From positions 6,864 through 70,863 of IMG/VR virus record IMGVR_UViG_3300045806_000119: a stretch of 64,000 bases of DNA. The stretch is one strand, 5' to 3'. This document shows positions 19,495-29,322 of this stretch, piece by piece. Positions within the stretch are counted from its first letter, which is position 1, and every line of letters starts with the position of its first letter. This DNA comes from a virus. Made by a program: the position numbers and the translations under genes. The notes beneath the pieces were generated by a model. The model saw nothing but the letters and a program-made list of their open reading frames with translations. It ran no database searches and was not told the origin of the DNA.

Positions 19495-19758
19495 CTACGG
19501 AATAACGCCTTTTACGAGCTGCGCCCCGCTAACGATGCCGGCCACGGCTCCGAACACCTCCGCGGTCAGCAGTAGCACCTTCAGCACGTCGCCCCAGTAG
19601 TCGGTAGGGGGCGGCTCGGCGGAGAGGACGAGCGTGTCGATGACCCTCTTCTGCACGTCCGGCGGAGAGCGCAGCCACGACACCCACTCCTCCGCCGTTA
19701 GGTGGGTTCCGAGCTGCGCCAGCTGCACAGCCGTCGCCTCCTCTTGCTCGGGAGTCAC
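19495..19758 (-). CDS. Small protein with C-terminal hydrophobic helix
   Basis: GTG start overlapping the upstream TGA; hydrophobic C-terminus. Confidence 0.5.
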   Translation of the reverse strand: MTPEQEEATAVQLAQLGTHLTAEEWVSWLRSPPDVQKRVIDTLVLSAEPPPTDYWGDVLKVLLLTAEVFGAVAGIVSGAQLVKGVIP

Positions 19759-20021
19759 TGTGGGCAGCCCATCGCTGCGTCGGGGACGTCCACGCCGGCC
19801 CTCTTCGCGATGCCTCGCGCGCCGCAGAGGCACGACTTCGCTTCGATGCGTGCGGGCACGAGAGACGGGGGGAGCCCGGCGCCTGCGTCAGCAAGGCGGA
19901 GTGAGATGTCCGCGCAAGTGTCTACCTGCAGCTGCACGGCCTTCGCGTCCTGCGAGGTGAGGCGAGTGGAGCACGCGGCGGACAGCGCCACCAGGCAGGC
20001 ATAGAAGTGTCGACGGTTCAT
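19755..20021 (-). CDS. Small lipoprotein
   Basis: MNRRHF-hydrophobic-LSAAC lipobox. Confidence 0.65.
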   Translation of the reverse strand: MNRRHFYACLVALSAACSTRLTSQDAKAVQLQVDTCADISLRLADAGAGLPPSLVPARIEAKSCLCGARGIAKRAGVDVPDAAMGCPQ

Positions 20022-20043
20022 GGTGTCTCCTCAGACGCAAGAT

Positions 20044-20090
20044 AGCACTCAGCCGCGACTGCCTTCCGTGGACGGTCGCGGCTGAGTGCT
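20044..20090. other. 16-bp perfect inverted repeat (hairpin)
   Basis: AGCACTCAGCCGCGAC...GTCGCGGCTGAGTGCT; no clear U-tract. Confidence 0.6.
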
Positions 20091-20095
20091 CGCAG

Positions 20096-20989
20096 TCACT
20101 TCACCTGCTCTAGTGCCTCCACGACAGCCGCCGTCGCCGCGGTGGGGGTGGCCAGGAGGAGCGGGTGAAGCTCCCAGCACGCCACTACCCACGCGGTGGA
20201 CGCCCAGCACTCGCCGTTCTCGTCCCACGTCTCGCCCCAGCTGTTCTGGATCAGCCAGTCGTACGTACCGTCCGCGTTGGTTCGGTGGCCGACGATGAGC
20301 AGCGCGTGACCTCCTCCGCTCGTGTCGTTCGCCGGGTCGGGCTGGGCGATCATCCCGTTGCCGAGGTTCTCGAACGCCGAGCCCACCTGCGTGCCGAGGT
20401 AGATCGACGAGCCGAGCGCGAGGGTTGCGATCAGCTTCTTCTCGAACCCGGGCACGGCCGGGTCGATGCGCAGCTGCAGCAGCTGGAACTTGTGCTCCAG
20501 CGCCGCCTTCGTCTCCTCGAAGGTAGGGGGCGTGGTCGCGTTGGCCGTCGAAATGTCACTATGGCGACCCTCGACGTCGCCCTCGAAGGGGGCCAGCCCC
20601 TGCGTGATGGCCACGATGATGTTGTCCGACAGCTGACGACCGTCATCTGAGAGGTCGCCCTGCCGCTGACCCGTGAGGCCGTACAGGACGTGCATCGAGC
20701 CGAAAAACCCGATTAGAATCTCGACGCCCTTGACGAGCGCGTGCGCTGTGCAGCTCGACGTAGGACCCTGGTCCGTCTTCGGGTCCTTCGTGTTGTTCGT
20801 TGCCGCCGGCAGGTTACCCTGCGCGATTCGGTCCGCGATGGGGTCCTGCGCGGCTAGGCTCGCCACCATCCCAACAGCGTAGGCCGCTCTCGCGCGGCGA
20901 ACGCCTGGGCGGGGGCGAAGAGCCACGGCATGCGCCGGGCTCTGCACGGTGACCCCGTTGATCCTGTGGTGCGGATTGTGATGGCTCAT
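20096..20989 (-). CDS. Papain-like (C1 family) cysteine peptidase
   Basis: DQGPTSSCTAHA (Gln, Cys), GGHALLIVG (His), IQNSWGETW (Asn). Confidence 0.9.
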   Translation of the reverse strand: MSHHNPHHRINGVTVQSPAHAVALRPRPGVRRARAAYAVGMVASLAAQDPIADRIAQGNLPAATNNTKDPKTDQGPTSSCTAHALVKGVEILIGFFGSMHVLYGLTGQRQGDLSDDGRQLSDNIIVAITQGLAPFEGDVEGRHSDISTANATTPPTFEETKAALEHKFQLLQLRIDPAVPGFEKKLIATLALGSSIYLGTQVGSAFENLGNGMIAQPDPANDTSGGGHALLIVGHRTNADGTYDWLIQNSWGETWDENGECWASTAWVVACWELHPLLLATPTAATAAVVEALEQVK

Positions 20990-21231
20990 TTACTCTCGGG
21001 CCGCTTGTCGAAGCCCTTCTCCTTCAGCATGGCCACGACGTCGTCGACGTGGAGGCAGTCGACCAGGCAGGCGCCGGCTCCGATCGCTTGGATCGATGCG
21101 ACCTGGCCGTTGCAGAAATTGTTGCCAGGCTGGGCATCGTGAAGGATGCCGATCCCCGCGGGCTTGCCTGTCGAGTCCAGCTGAATCACGCGGTCACCGT
21201 TCTTCGCTTCTCGTCCGTTTCGGTAATGCAT
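20986..21231 (-). CDS. Small hypothetical protein (MHYRNGREAKNGD...)
   Basis: TGATG coupling to the upstream gene defines the start. Confidence 0.6.
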   Translation of the reverse strand: MHYRNGREAKNGDRVIQLDSTGKPAGIGILHDAQPGNNFCNGQVASIQAIGAGACLVDCLHVDDVVAMLKEKGFDKRPESK

Positions 21232-21758
21232 CAGTGCACCGCCTTGAGCGCGTCGATGAGAGCCGCCTTTGCCGGGGTCGCCGGAGCCCCCGCTACCGCC
21301 GCGTCGCCGGGGGCAGTCAGCGTGGTCAAGAACTGCGTCACGAACGACAGGACGTCGAAGCCCGCCGGCGCCCCGCACTTCAAGCCGATCTGCGCCGCCG
21401 AGGTCTGCCCGGAGAGGGCCTGCCCGATGATGCAGCTCACCAGCGCCGTCCCGTCTGCGGTCAGGACGGCAGTCTGCGACGGGGTGAAGAAGCCGCACGC
21501 CGAGGTCACCGCCATGAACACGAAGAGGAACACGGCGAGCATCGAGCCGACAACCTTCGTCGCAGCCGTCTTCACCGCCGCCGTGACGTTCGCTCCCGGG
21601 AAGATGCTCGGTTTCGCAGCGCTCAGCGCGGAGATGAGCAAGCCCACCCCCATCGCAGCGACGGAAGTTGCGCTGAACGAGCCCTGGAGCGCGGTCAGAC
21701 CGGCGATGAGAGCGGGGTAGGCGAAGATGAGGATGTAATGCTGCCAGTCGATTTTCAT
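21231..21758 (-). CDS. Multi-pass membrane protein, holin candidate
   Basis: Two to three hydrophobic helices, the last ending in lipobox-like VTSAC. Confidence 0.45.
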   Translation of the reverse strand: MKIDWQHYILIFAYPALIAGLTALQGSFSATSVAAMGVGLLISALSAAKPSIFPGANVTAAVKTAATKVVGSMLAVFLFVFMAVTSACGFFTPSQTAVLTADGTALVSCIIGQALSGQTSAAQIGLKCGAPAGFDVLSFVTQFLTTLTAPGDAAVAGAPATPAKAALIDALKAVH

Positions 21759-21772
21759 GGGAGACACCTCTT

Positions 21773-22471
21773 TCATTGGTGGTGGTTGCCAGAGACGAGA
21801 GTCGTAACGAACGACACGAGCTTATACCAGAGCCCAGCGGCGAGCCCAGCAGCGGCCGTCAGCCCGACTCCCTTGAGCACATGAGGAAGAAGCTGGGCGC
21901 GGACGAAACGCACGGGAGCCGCGTCCTTATTCACCTGCGTCTCTTCCATCATCCGGGTGTACTCTATTCGCATTTTCGCCCGCAGCGCCTCTTCCGTGTA
22001 CGTGAAGGTCCGCGTCCCGTGCTCCGTGACACCCTCGACGGCCTCCTCGAAGGTAATGTCACTAACGGACTGAAGTTTGGCGCGTGGGGGAGGAAGCTGG
22101 TGGTGGCCGCTGGGGGACGCCTCCTGCGTCTCCTTGATAACCCCACTAGCCACCATCGCCTTCTGAAGCAGTGTGTGGTTCGCGCTCAGCTTTCTCACCT
22201 CGGAAAGCAAGGAGTCCTGCCCGCGCTGAAGCCGCAGCAGAGCCTGCCCGTGCGTCTCTTGCACCGTAATCGTGCGGTGGTGCATCCCGTGCAGCTCCAG
22301 GATCGTCCGCTCTATGCGGTCCCGCTGCGTCTCACGGGTGTTCACCGCGCCGCGTTCGGCAGACGGAGTGACCTGATCCCTGCGCGGGTCATGGCCATTG
22401 CCATTAGAGGTTTCGGACTCGGCTCCCTGCAGGCCGGGGCGTGTCGGTGTTTTCTCATCGTGGTCGTACAT
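21773..22471 (-). CDS. Coiled-coil protein with C-terminal membrane anchor
   Basis: Hydrophilic N-terminus, hydrophobic C-terminal helix. Confidence 0.5.
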   Translation of the reverse strand: MYDHDEKTPTRPGLQGAESETSNGNGHDPRRDQVTPSAERGAVNTRETQRDRIERTILELHGMHHRTITVQETHGQALLRLQRGQDSLLSEVRKLSANHTLLQKAMVASGVIKETQEASPSGHHQLPPPRAKLQSVSDITFEEAVEGVTEHGTRTFTYTEEALRAKMRIEYTRMMEETQVNKDAAPVRFVRAQLLPHVLKGVGLTAAAGLAAGLWYKLVSFVTTLVSGNHHQ

Positions 22472-22501
22472 GGGGGCTTCCGCGATACCTGAGAGGGTAA
22501 G

Positions 22502-24385
22502 TCAGTTCACCAGCACGTCAGCGGCGACGGTCCAGTCGATCGTGGTTGCGAGGATGCCCGCAACGTTCACGAGGACGTTTGTCCCCGAGACCGTGCAGGT
22601 AACGGCCGCTCCGCTGTAGGCGGTGTCGTATGACTTCGCGATCGAGATGCCCGTCGTCGTCGCAGCGGCAAGCGTGCCTGCGCTGTTCTCGATGAGGCAC
22701 TCGTAGGTCTGGGCGAAGGATGTGGCCCCCGAGTGGAGCCGACCGACCGCATGCACGACGAAGTCCCCGTTCGTGCCCGAGGTCGCAAGTGGGATGGTGA
22801 GTGCCGTGACGGCGGCCGTGCTGGTCGTCTGAACGTTTGCGAGGAACTTGAGGATCTTGTCTTGCTGCCCCGTGGCCGCGCCCTGCAACACCGGAGCGAC
22901 GACCGTGTTCACGAGGGTGGTGCTGCTCGCCGCGTTTGTCGTGTTGACGTGGAGGCCGGCGGAGTCGCTGACTAGCGACGCCATGCCGATCGCGGGCGCG
23001 GATGTGATCTCGGTCCCCGCGTTCAGGTTGAGCGTGTTGGAGCCTCCGTACGCGCTCCCGGTCGAGCTGAAGAGGTTGTAATAGCCGCTCCCCCCGTAGG
23101 TGAGGAACGTCGCGTTGCCGAGTAGCTGGCCAACATTCGACGTCGCGTTCAGGTACGTGTACCCGGAGCCGGCCAGGATGCTCATGTTGTTCGCGGTCGG
23201 TGTGGCCCCACCGTAGAGGTAGATCGCTCCGGTGCCAGCCCCCTGTCGCTGGAGCCACATGACCGGCGAACCGCCGTTGGTGATCTCCAGCGCAGGCTCG
23301 GTCCCGGTACCCGTCGGTCCGAGGTTGAGCACGACGCTCCCTGCGGCGTTCGTCGCTGCGGGCGCCCACATGCTCAGGTTGTTGCCGTAGCTCTGGATGA
23401 TCGATCCGGTGGACACTCCGGCGGTAGGCGCTGCGCTGCCGTTCGTCAGCCCGAGCACTCCGCCCGTGGCGCCCCCGAACGCCGTAGTCAGCGCCCCGAT
23501 CTGCAAGCCATATCCGGGCGCCGTGAGCAATGCCGCCTGCGTCGCATCCCACTTCCCGAGCGTGTTGCTGGAGGCCGACCTGAACTGGATCGTTCCGCTC
23601 GACGTGGGGACATTGAGCAACAGCGACGTATTCGGGTTATCGACGAGTAGCGAGTAGTTCAGCTGCCCTGCCGTCGCCGCAGCATTGCCCAGATAGAGCC
23701 CGGAATAGGTGCTCCCTCCGCCCCCCTGATATGGACCCATGCTGAGAATGGGCGACCCCGCACGGGAGACGACGAACTGGCCCTCGCTCCCCGTCCCCGT
23801 GGGCGCCCCGAACAGGGCCGTTACCGACCCCGGTGTCCCGCTCACCGTCGCCGCGCTCGTGCCGCCCTGGAGGACGACGCCGCCGCCCGTGGTCGTGATG
23901 GCGCCACCCGCGGACGCGCCGCCCGCGAGCGTGAGGGTGGCCCCGTTGGGGTTGACCGTCGCGCTCGCGAATGCGCTCTGAGCCTGGATGCTCATCGCGT
24001 TCGTCGCCGTGTCGGACGCCTTCGTCGCCTGCTTGAACTGGCAGTTCGTCATGCCGGTCGAGCACGCGACCTGCCCGGTCGAGGAGAACGAGATCGCGCC
24101 GGACTGGGCCTGCGTGACGACGCCCCCCGTCGCGAGGTCCCCGCCCGCCGACAAGAGGTTCGCAGGAAGACCGGCGGGTCCTCCGAGCTTCCGCCCGGTC
24201 GAGGCCACCGGAGCTACGCCCTTAGGGTGCAGCATGACAGTGGGGGCCTGCATCCCTGGCGTGTAGACACCCGAAGGCGTCGGGCTATCCCCAGGCATCG
24301 CGGGTTCGACGGTGAGGTGAACGCCGTAGCAGGCGGGAAGTACCGTGCAGAGGAGCGCGAATGCGATTAGACGGAGGTTGGTCAT
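22502..24385 (-). CDS. Gly/Thr-rich fibre-like beta protein with N-terminal lipoprotein-like signal
   Basis: MTNLRLIAFALLCTVLPAC signal; repetitive G/A/T beta strands. Confidence 0.55.
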   Translation of the reverse strand: MTNLRLIAFALLCTVLPACYGVHLTVEPAMPGDSPTPSGVYTPGMQAPTVMLHPKGVAPVASTGRKLGGPAGLPANLLSAGGDLATGGVVTQAQSGAISFSSTGQVACSTGMTNCQFKQATKASDTATNAMSIQAQSAFASATVNPNGATLTLAGGASAGGAITTTGGGVVLQGGTSAATVSGTPGSVTALFGAPTGTGSEGQFVVSRAGSPILSMGPYQGGGGSTYSGLYLGNAAATAGQLNYSLLVDNPNTSLLLNVPTSSGTIQFRSASSNTLGKWDATQAALLTAPGYGLQIGALTTAFGGATGGVLGLTNGSAAPTAGVSTGSIIQSYGNNLSMWAPAATNAAGSVVLNLGPTGTGTEPALEITNGGSPVMWLQRQGAGTGAIYLYGGATPTANNMSILAGSGYTYLNATSNVGQLLGNATFLTYGGSGYYNLFSSTGSAYGGSNTLNLNAGTEITSAPAIGMASLVSDSAGLHVNTTNAASSTTLVNTVVAPVLQGAATGQQDKILKFLANVQTTSTAAVTALTIPLATSGTNGDFVVHAVGRLHSGATSFAQTYECLIENSAGTLAAATTTGISIAKSYDTAYSGAAVTCTVSGTNVLVNVAGILATTIDWTVAADVLVN

Positions 24386-25188
24386 GACCTAAACTTCCAT
24401 AGGTTGTTGGGCACGTAGTAGTCCCAGGTGTAGGAGGTACGCGGAACCCCCGTGAATCCAGACAGGGTGAGTGAGGACGGGTTTGTCACGATGGCTCCGG
24501 TCAGCGGGTTCTCGATGCTCACTCCGCTGGGGGGTGTGAGAGTCGGTGGGTTCGCGTTGAACGTGCCGAGGTAGTCCTGAACGGTCAGCCCCTGACCCGC
24601 AGCAGCCGCCGGGATGTTGACGTTGAATGCCCCCGCAGTCGTGTTGATGCCGACTAGCGTCATCGCCCCTGTGAACGAGAGAGTACCGGCCGCAGCGATG
24701 AGTTGCTGCGCCGTGGCGCCTGTCGACGAGTCGAGCGCCTTCAGGTAGGCACCCAGCATCTTGGCCGTCGTGCTCGGCAGGTCACCCGAAGCCCAGCCCC
24801 GTGTCTGCCCGGCAAAGTTGACATGCCGCGCGGTCACCCCAAACGCCGGGTGCATCAGGCCGGTCGAGGCGCTAGGCACGCCGAAGCAGAGTGTGTCGCT
24901 CGCTACCGTCCCGTCCGACGCCGTCGTGATGAGCTGGATGAACACCATCCCCGTGTCCGCATCGGGCGTGAAGGTCCACGTCGGGGAGTTGCCGTTCTGC
25001 TTCGACCCCGCCGTGAGGGCGCTCCCTGGCATCGACACGTCGAGCACGATGAACTGCCAGTTGACAATAGTGCCATTGTCAAGCCAGTTGCCGACAATGA
25101 CGGGCAGCGCCGTTACCCCCGTCATGGCCTGCCCCGCCGTGTTTGACACGGCGTTCTGAGTGAACTTGAGCTGCGCAGCTGCGGACAT
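24382..25188 (-). CDS. Putative tail fibre-associated protein
   Basis: Follows baseplate J; INTTAGAFNVNIPAA..G..LTVQDYLGTFNANP fibre-type repeat. Confidence 0.55.
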   Translation of the reverse strand: MSAAAQLKFTQNAVSNTAGQAMTGVTALPVIVGNWLDNGTIVNWQFIVLDVSMPGSALTAGSKQNGNSPTWTFTPDADTGMVFIQLITTASDGTVASDTLCFGVPSASTGLMHPAFGVTARHVNFAGQTRGWASGDLPSTTAKMLGAYLKALDSSTGATAQQLIAAAGTLSFTGAMTLVGINTTAGAFNVNIPAAAAGQGLTVQDYLGTFNANPPTLTPPSGVSIENPLTGAIVTNPSSLTLSGFTGVPRTSYTWDYYVPNNLWKFRS

Positions 25189-25197
25189 GGTGTTCTC

Positions 25198-27225
25198 CTA
25201 CGCCCTCGACCCGCCCGACGTCCTGGTGACGAAGTTGGCGTCGAGCAGCTGGGGGTACTCGTCAACGGCCATGAGTATGTCGCCGACGAGCGGGAAGACG
25301 TCGATGATGAAGGAGTCACCCGCCACGAAGCGAGAGGTCCCCGCGGTAACCTGAAAGCTTACAGCCCCGTCTGTAGACGTGTATGCCGCCCCCCCGACAA
25401 CGCCCGTGAGCGCGGCAGGGTTGTAGAGGTAGTAGTTAGACCCGATTTCTGTCAGCGAAAAGAGGCTAGACAGGGACGACGTCGTGACATACGAGCCCGC
25501 CGCCCCGGTCACCGCCACTAGCGTGCTGCTCGTGGCATCCGGCGCCAGCTTCCAGCCGTTGAAGTAACCGGAGGTGCCGGTGGGGACACTCTCGTTGTCG
25601 AAAATCTGATTAGCGTCTGACAGCACGAGGTCCGTCAGCCCGGTCACCTGCCCCACGAGCCTTTCGTAGACGGTGAACGCCGAGGCGCTCGTCAGCAGAA
25701 CGAAATACTGCCGTCTCCGCTGCCGGGAAGTCGTCGTGATGTTCGTTACGGAGCCGTTGCCCGTGTTCCCCGACTGCGGGGCGCGCGCAACGGGCATCAC
25801 GTCGAGCTGCTGGATCTCTGCACGGTCCAACCCCGACGACGACAGGCTGGCGAAGTAGCTCTGGAGACGCGTCTGAGACAGCAGCAACTCCGGGTTCCCG
25901 TTCGCGTCGAACGTCACGGCGCCGAAGTTGAGTTGCGGAAAGTCGAGGAACCCTGACAGCTGCGGGTTGATGACTCCAGCCCTCACCGCCGGTGCCACGT
26001 CCTGAGCGCGGAACGAAGAGTTGATGTGAAGCAGGACGTTCAACCGAACGGCTTTGTAGAACGGGGGGTACAGGCGGAGCTTGTTCCCTATCATCTTGTT
26101 CGGCTGGGCAACCGCCGAGATGGTGGAGAGCAGGGCGGGGGTCGGGGCGCCGCCGCCAGACGGGGCTACCCACGCCTGGATGACACGCGATCCGCTTGGC
26201 CCCCCGCTCGCACGCACGTTAGCCACACCAGCAATGCTGCTAATGCCGTTCTGGTAGTCGAGTGGAGTCACCCAACGCTGCTGCGTCGAGAGCGAGGCAA
26301 GGATGCCGTTTCGGGCCGCGTACATCGACTCAACGTCGCTTCCTCCGGTCGAGGCGGCCGGATTAGTGACGCTCAGTACAGCCGAGTTCACCGCCGTCTT
26401 CACGGTGATCGCCCCTGCGCCTTGGTTCCCGCGCTGCCCGCCACCCACGTTGAACGTGGCCGTGATCTGCGCGTTGAGCGGGGGGACGGCTCCGAACACT
26501 CCATCCCCGAACAGCACGAAGGTGTTCCCGTCGTCCGTCGAGACGATCTTGAACACCTGCGCCGTGGAGACGCTGGTCGCCAGGTTCGTCGTCGCAGTCC
26601 ACGTCGAGGCGGAGACGACGACAGACAGCGTCGTCGGGTCTACCCCCGTCTGCGGCAGCTGCCAACGCTGGTTCGGCGCCCCGGTCGAGACCCCGATGAG
26701 CACCTGCTCATAGAACGTCCCCTCTGCCGCCAGGATGGTGACGGTTCCTCCCGCTGGGTAACTCGCAACGACGGTGTCGACGAGCGGATGGAAGTTCACC
26801 TGGCTCGTGCCCGAGCCCTGTGTCGAATACTGGTCCGTTCGCAGAATGGTGATGGGGTACGAGGACAGCGGGTTCAGGGTGAGCACGAGCGACACCGTCG
26901 CAGACACGGCCCCTGGCAGCGTGTAGCCAAGCCCCTTGCCGATGTTCGCGAGGTTCTGCCGCCGGATGACCGTCGCCGCGAACGTCTCCCGAATCTCGCT
27001 ATTCACCATGTACGTCAGCTGGTCGCCGACGTAAGCGATTAGCTCTTTGAAGACGACGGCGAACTGGTTGGGGTTGAAGTCCGTCCACCTGTCCGAGAAC
27101 GTAGCCTGTGCATACGTCGTCAGGTCATCGTTGATGGAGTCGAAGTCGGCCGACGTGAAGTCGACTACCGGGCCTGCTCGTCCTGTTGAGAGGTCTGTTC
27201 CGTTACCTGCGATGGGCGGGCTCAT
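25198..27225 (-). CDS. Baseplate wedge protein (gpJ / T4 gp6-like)
   Basis: DFTSADFDSI, WTDFNPN, STGAPNQ, FGDGVFGAVP, GGSDVES, RWVTPLDY. Confidence 0.9.
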   Translation of the reverse strand: MSPPIAGNGTDLSTGRAGPVVDFTSADFDSINDDLTTYAQATFSDRWTDFNPNQFAVVFKELIAYVGDQLTYMVNSEIRETFAATVIRRQNLANIGKGLGYTLPGAVSATVSLVLTLNPLSSYPITILRTDQYSTQGSGTSQVNFHPLVDTVVASYPAGGTVTILAAEGTFYEQVLIGVSTGAPNQRWQLPQTGVDPTTLSVVVSASTWTATTNLATSVSTAQVFKIVSTDDGNTFVLFGDGVFGAVPPLNAQITATFNVGGGQRGNQGAGAITVKTAVNSAVLSVTNPAASTGGSDVESMYAARNGILASLSTQQRWVTPLDYQNGISSIAGVANVRASGGPSGSRVIQAWVAPSGGGAPTPALLSTISAVAQPNKMIGNKLRLYPPFYKAVRLNVLLHINSSFRAQDVAPAVRAGVINPQLSGFLDFPQLNFGAVTFDANGNPELLLSQTRLQSYFASLSSSGLDRAEIQQLDVMPVARAPQSGNTGNGSVTNITTTSRQRRRQYFVLLTSASAFTVYERLVGQVTGLTDLVLSDANQIFDNESVPTGTSGYFNGWKLAPDATSSTLVAVTGAAGSYVTTSSLSSLFSLTEIGSNYYLYNPAALTGVVGGAAYTSTDGAVSFQVTAGTSRFVAGDSFIIDVFPLVGDILMAVDEYPQLLDANFVTRTSGGSRA

Positions 27226-27650
27226 TTCACTCCTCCAACAGCGGGCTCAAGGTAGTACGGGTAGACGAGGCTGCCCGGGGTTCCCGTGGCACGCAGAACG
27301 TACCTGATGGACAGCTCGATGGTGCTCAGCTGGATGATGGCCGCCGTCGCCTGCACGCGACTCACGCGCGGCTCGTAGCGGACGATGGTGTCGACGGCGA
27401 TCTTCGGCAGCACCACAACGAGCCCCTCCGCGTTCTCGAAGACGAGGGGCGGAAACGGCGACCCGTCGTCCTCCCGCATGACACGCTCGCCGACGCGAAT
27501 GCTCAGGATGTCCCGGATGCACTGGTTCACATCCTCCGCTCCGCTCACGGTGGCGAAGTCTCCCGTCGCCGGGTCTGTCGTGAGAGGAGAGACGAGCCCG
27601 ATACCGAGTACCTGCTGTTCGAGGAGCTGATTAGACAGAACAATAGCCAT
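27222..27650 (-). CDS. Baseplate gp25/GPW-like protein
   Basis: ILSIRVGERVMR..G, YEPRV, LVYPYY. Confidence 0.9.
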   Translation of the reverse strand: MAIVLSNQLLEQQVLGIGLVSPLTTDPATGDFATVSGAEDVNQCIRDILSIRVGERVMREDDGSPFPPLVFENAEGLVVVLPKIAVDTIVRYEPRVSRVQATAAIIQLSTIELSIRYVLRATGTPGSLVYPYYLEPAVGGVK

Positions 27651-27660
27651 TAGTCAGCTC

Positions 27661-28485
27661 CTAGCAGGTAGGGGGCGGGCAGGAAGAAGCACCCGAGCAG
27701 ATGGGGGTCACGAGCGAAATAATCGCCTGTAGAGCACCCGTCACAACGGCCACTTCCTGCTGCAGCGCTGTGATGCCGACAGAGGTGTTCAGGTTGAGCG
27801 TGATGCAGGTCTTGCTAACGTCGACGCCGACCTGCGAGAGCGGGGCCGTCATCGTCTTGAGGATGCCGTTGAGAATTGTGAATACACAATTGAGAGCGGT
27901 CATCTGATTCTGGAGCGCACCCTGCATCGCGGTGCTCTGCAAGTTCAAGCAGCGACCCATGGCCTGCAGCGACAGGTCGGAGGATCCGAGGCACACCTGC
28001 GCGTCGACGCTCAGAGTCAGCAGGTGAACGAGAAAGCTCATAATGCAATTGAGCAAGCCGATCAAAAACTGGCAGATGCCAACGATGAAGCACACGACCT
28101 GGATGACAGCGCCGATGGGCGTGAGCGTCAGCAAGAACGGGATGCACTGCGTGACGAATGTCTCTACGTCCTGCACGAGCTGGATGACCTTCGACGGGCT
28201 CGGCGGCGGCCCCATCGCATCGGGAATCCCAATAGCGATGTCCACCAGCTTCATCGCGCACGCTGCGAGTTGCAGGAGCGGGAACACGGGGTTCAGGAGG
28301 TCCTGCACGGCCTTGATCGACTCATCGAGGCCCCCGCCCGCGTAGCACGGGTCCGGGATGTTCACGACGGTCCCGACGAACGGAACGGTGACCTTCACAG
28401 GAAACGAAGTACCTGGGGCAGTGCTGTTGCAGCCGCTGCTCCCGGGGTCGGTCGTCGGAAAGGTCGGAAAGGTCGGTGTACTCAC
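27661..28485 (-). CDS. Cys-rich helical hydrophobic protein between spike and gp25
   Basis: Amphipathic and hydrophobic helices with many Cys; gene position. Confidence 0.55.
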   Translation of the reverse strand: MSTPTFPTFPTTDPGSSGCNSTAPGTSFPVKVTVPFVGTVVNIPDPCYAGGGLDESIKAVQDLLNPVFPLLQLAACAMKLVDIAIGIPDAMGPPPSPSKVIQLVQDVETFVTQCIPFLLTLTPIGAVIQVVCFIVGICQFLIGLLNCIMSFLVHLLTLSVDAQVCLGSSDLSLQAMGRCLNLQSTAMQGALQNQMTALNCVFTILNGILKTMTAPLSQVGVDVSKTCITLNLNTSVGITALQQEVAVVTGALQAIISLVTPICSGASSCPPPTC

Positions 28486-28519
28486 AGGAATCTCTCCCTA
28501 TTTGATACCACGAACGGCC

Positions 28520-29320
28520 TCATGTGACGGTCCTGCCATTGGGCGCTACAGCACGACCGAGGATGGATGCCTGGTGACCAGAGACATGCACGCCGTCCGC
28601 TCCAACGCTGATCCCGCTCCCGCCGTTGTAGATCACCTTGAACGTAGCCCCCGGCTTGAGCGCGATGACGTGGTCCCCTGCCGACTCCTGGAAGATGGCC
28701 CCAGCGGACGAAAGGCGAACAGAGCCGTTACTGTCGATGAGGATCGTCGTCCCGCTCGGATGATAGAAGCGCGCCCGCTGCGCGCTCGGCGAGTCGTCCA
28801 CTTCCAGGATCATCCCTCCTTCGGATTGCCACACCTTGTTGTATGGGTACTGCGGAAGGTTCGCTACGGCGGGGTCAGCCGTCAGCGTGTGCTTGATGGT
28901 CGGCCCCTGACTGCCCCCCGTCGCGTACGTCACGTCCGTCTGGAGCCACGTCGGGTCCACCGCGTTGCCGAGCGCAGCCGTAGGCCCGGAGCTGTTGTCG
29001 GCGCTGTCCCCCATCACCCACCCCCAGCAGTAGACGCCGTGCGTGATCATCCCGTGCTCGAACATGACGAACACAGGCGCGTCTACCGGAGGAACAACGA
29101 GGTTCTGGCTCCCGCTCATCGGCAGGCACCAGTCGAGCCAGTTCTCCTCCGAGTTGTCGTCGGCCGTGAGCGCGGGAACATGGATACGAGCGCGACCCGT
29201 CCGCGTGGGGTCGGATCGGTCGCGGACGAAGCCAAGGTACAGCCCGTGGTAGCGACCCTTCGCCTTCTCCACAGCCGGGTCCTGCCAGGGCAGGACGTGC
29301 GCAATCGCTCCAATGGACAC
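28520..29320 (-). CDS. Baseplate spike (gpV/gp5 OB-fold)
   Basis: GLYLGFV..DP..GRARIHVP, PPVDAPVFVMFEHG, LEVDDSP, YHPSGT. Confidence 0.88.
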   Translation of the reverse strand: MSIGAIAHVLPWQDPAVEKAKGRYHGLYLGFVRDRSDPTRTGRARIHVPALTADDNSEENWLDWCLPMSGSQNLVVPPVDAPVFVMFEHGMITHGVYCWGWVMGDSADNSSGPTAALGNAVDPTWLQTDVTYATGGSQGPTIKHTLTADPAVANLPQYPYNKVWQSEGGMILEVDDSPSAQRARFYHPSGTTILIDSNGSVRLSSAGAIFQESAGDHVIALKPGATFKVIYNGGSGISVGADGVHVSGHQASILGRAVAPNGRTVT

Positions 29321-29322
29321 GG

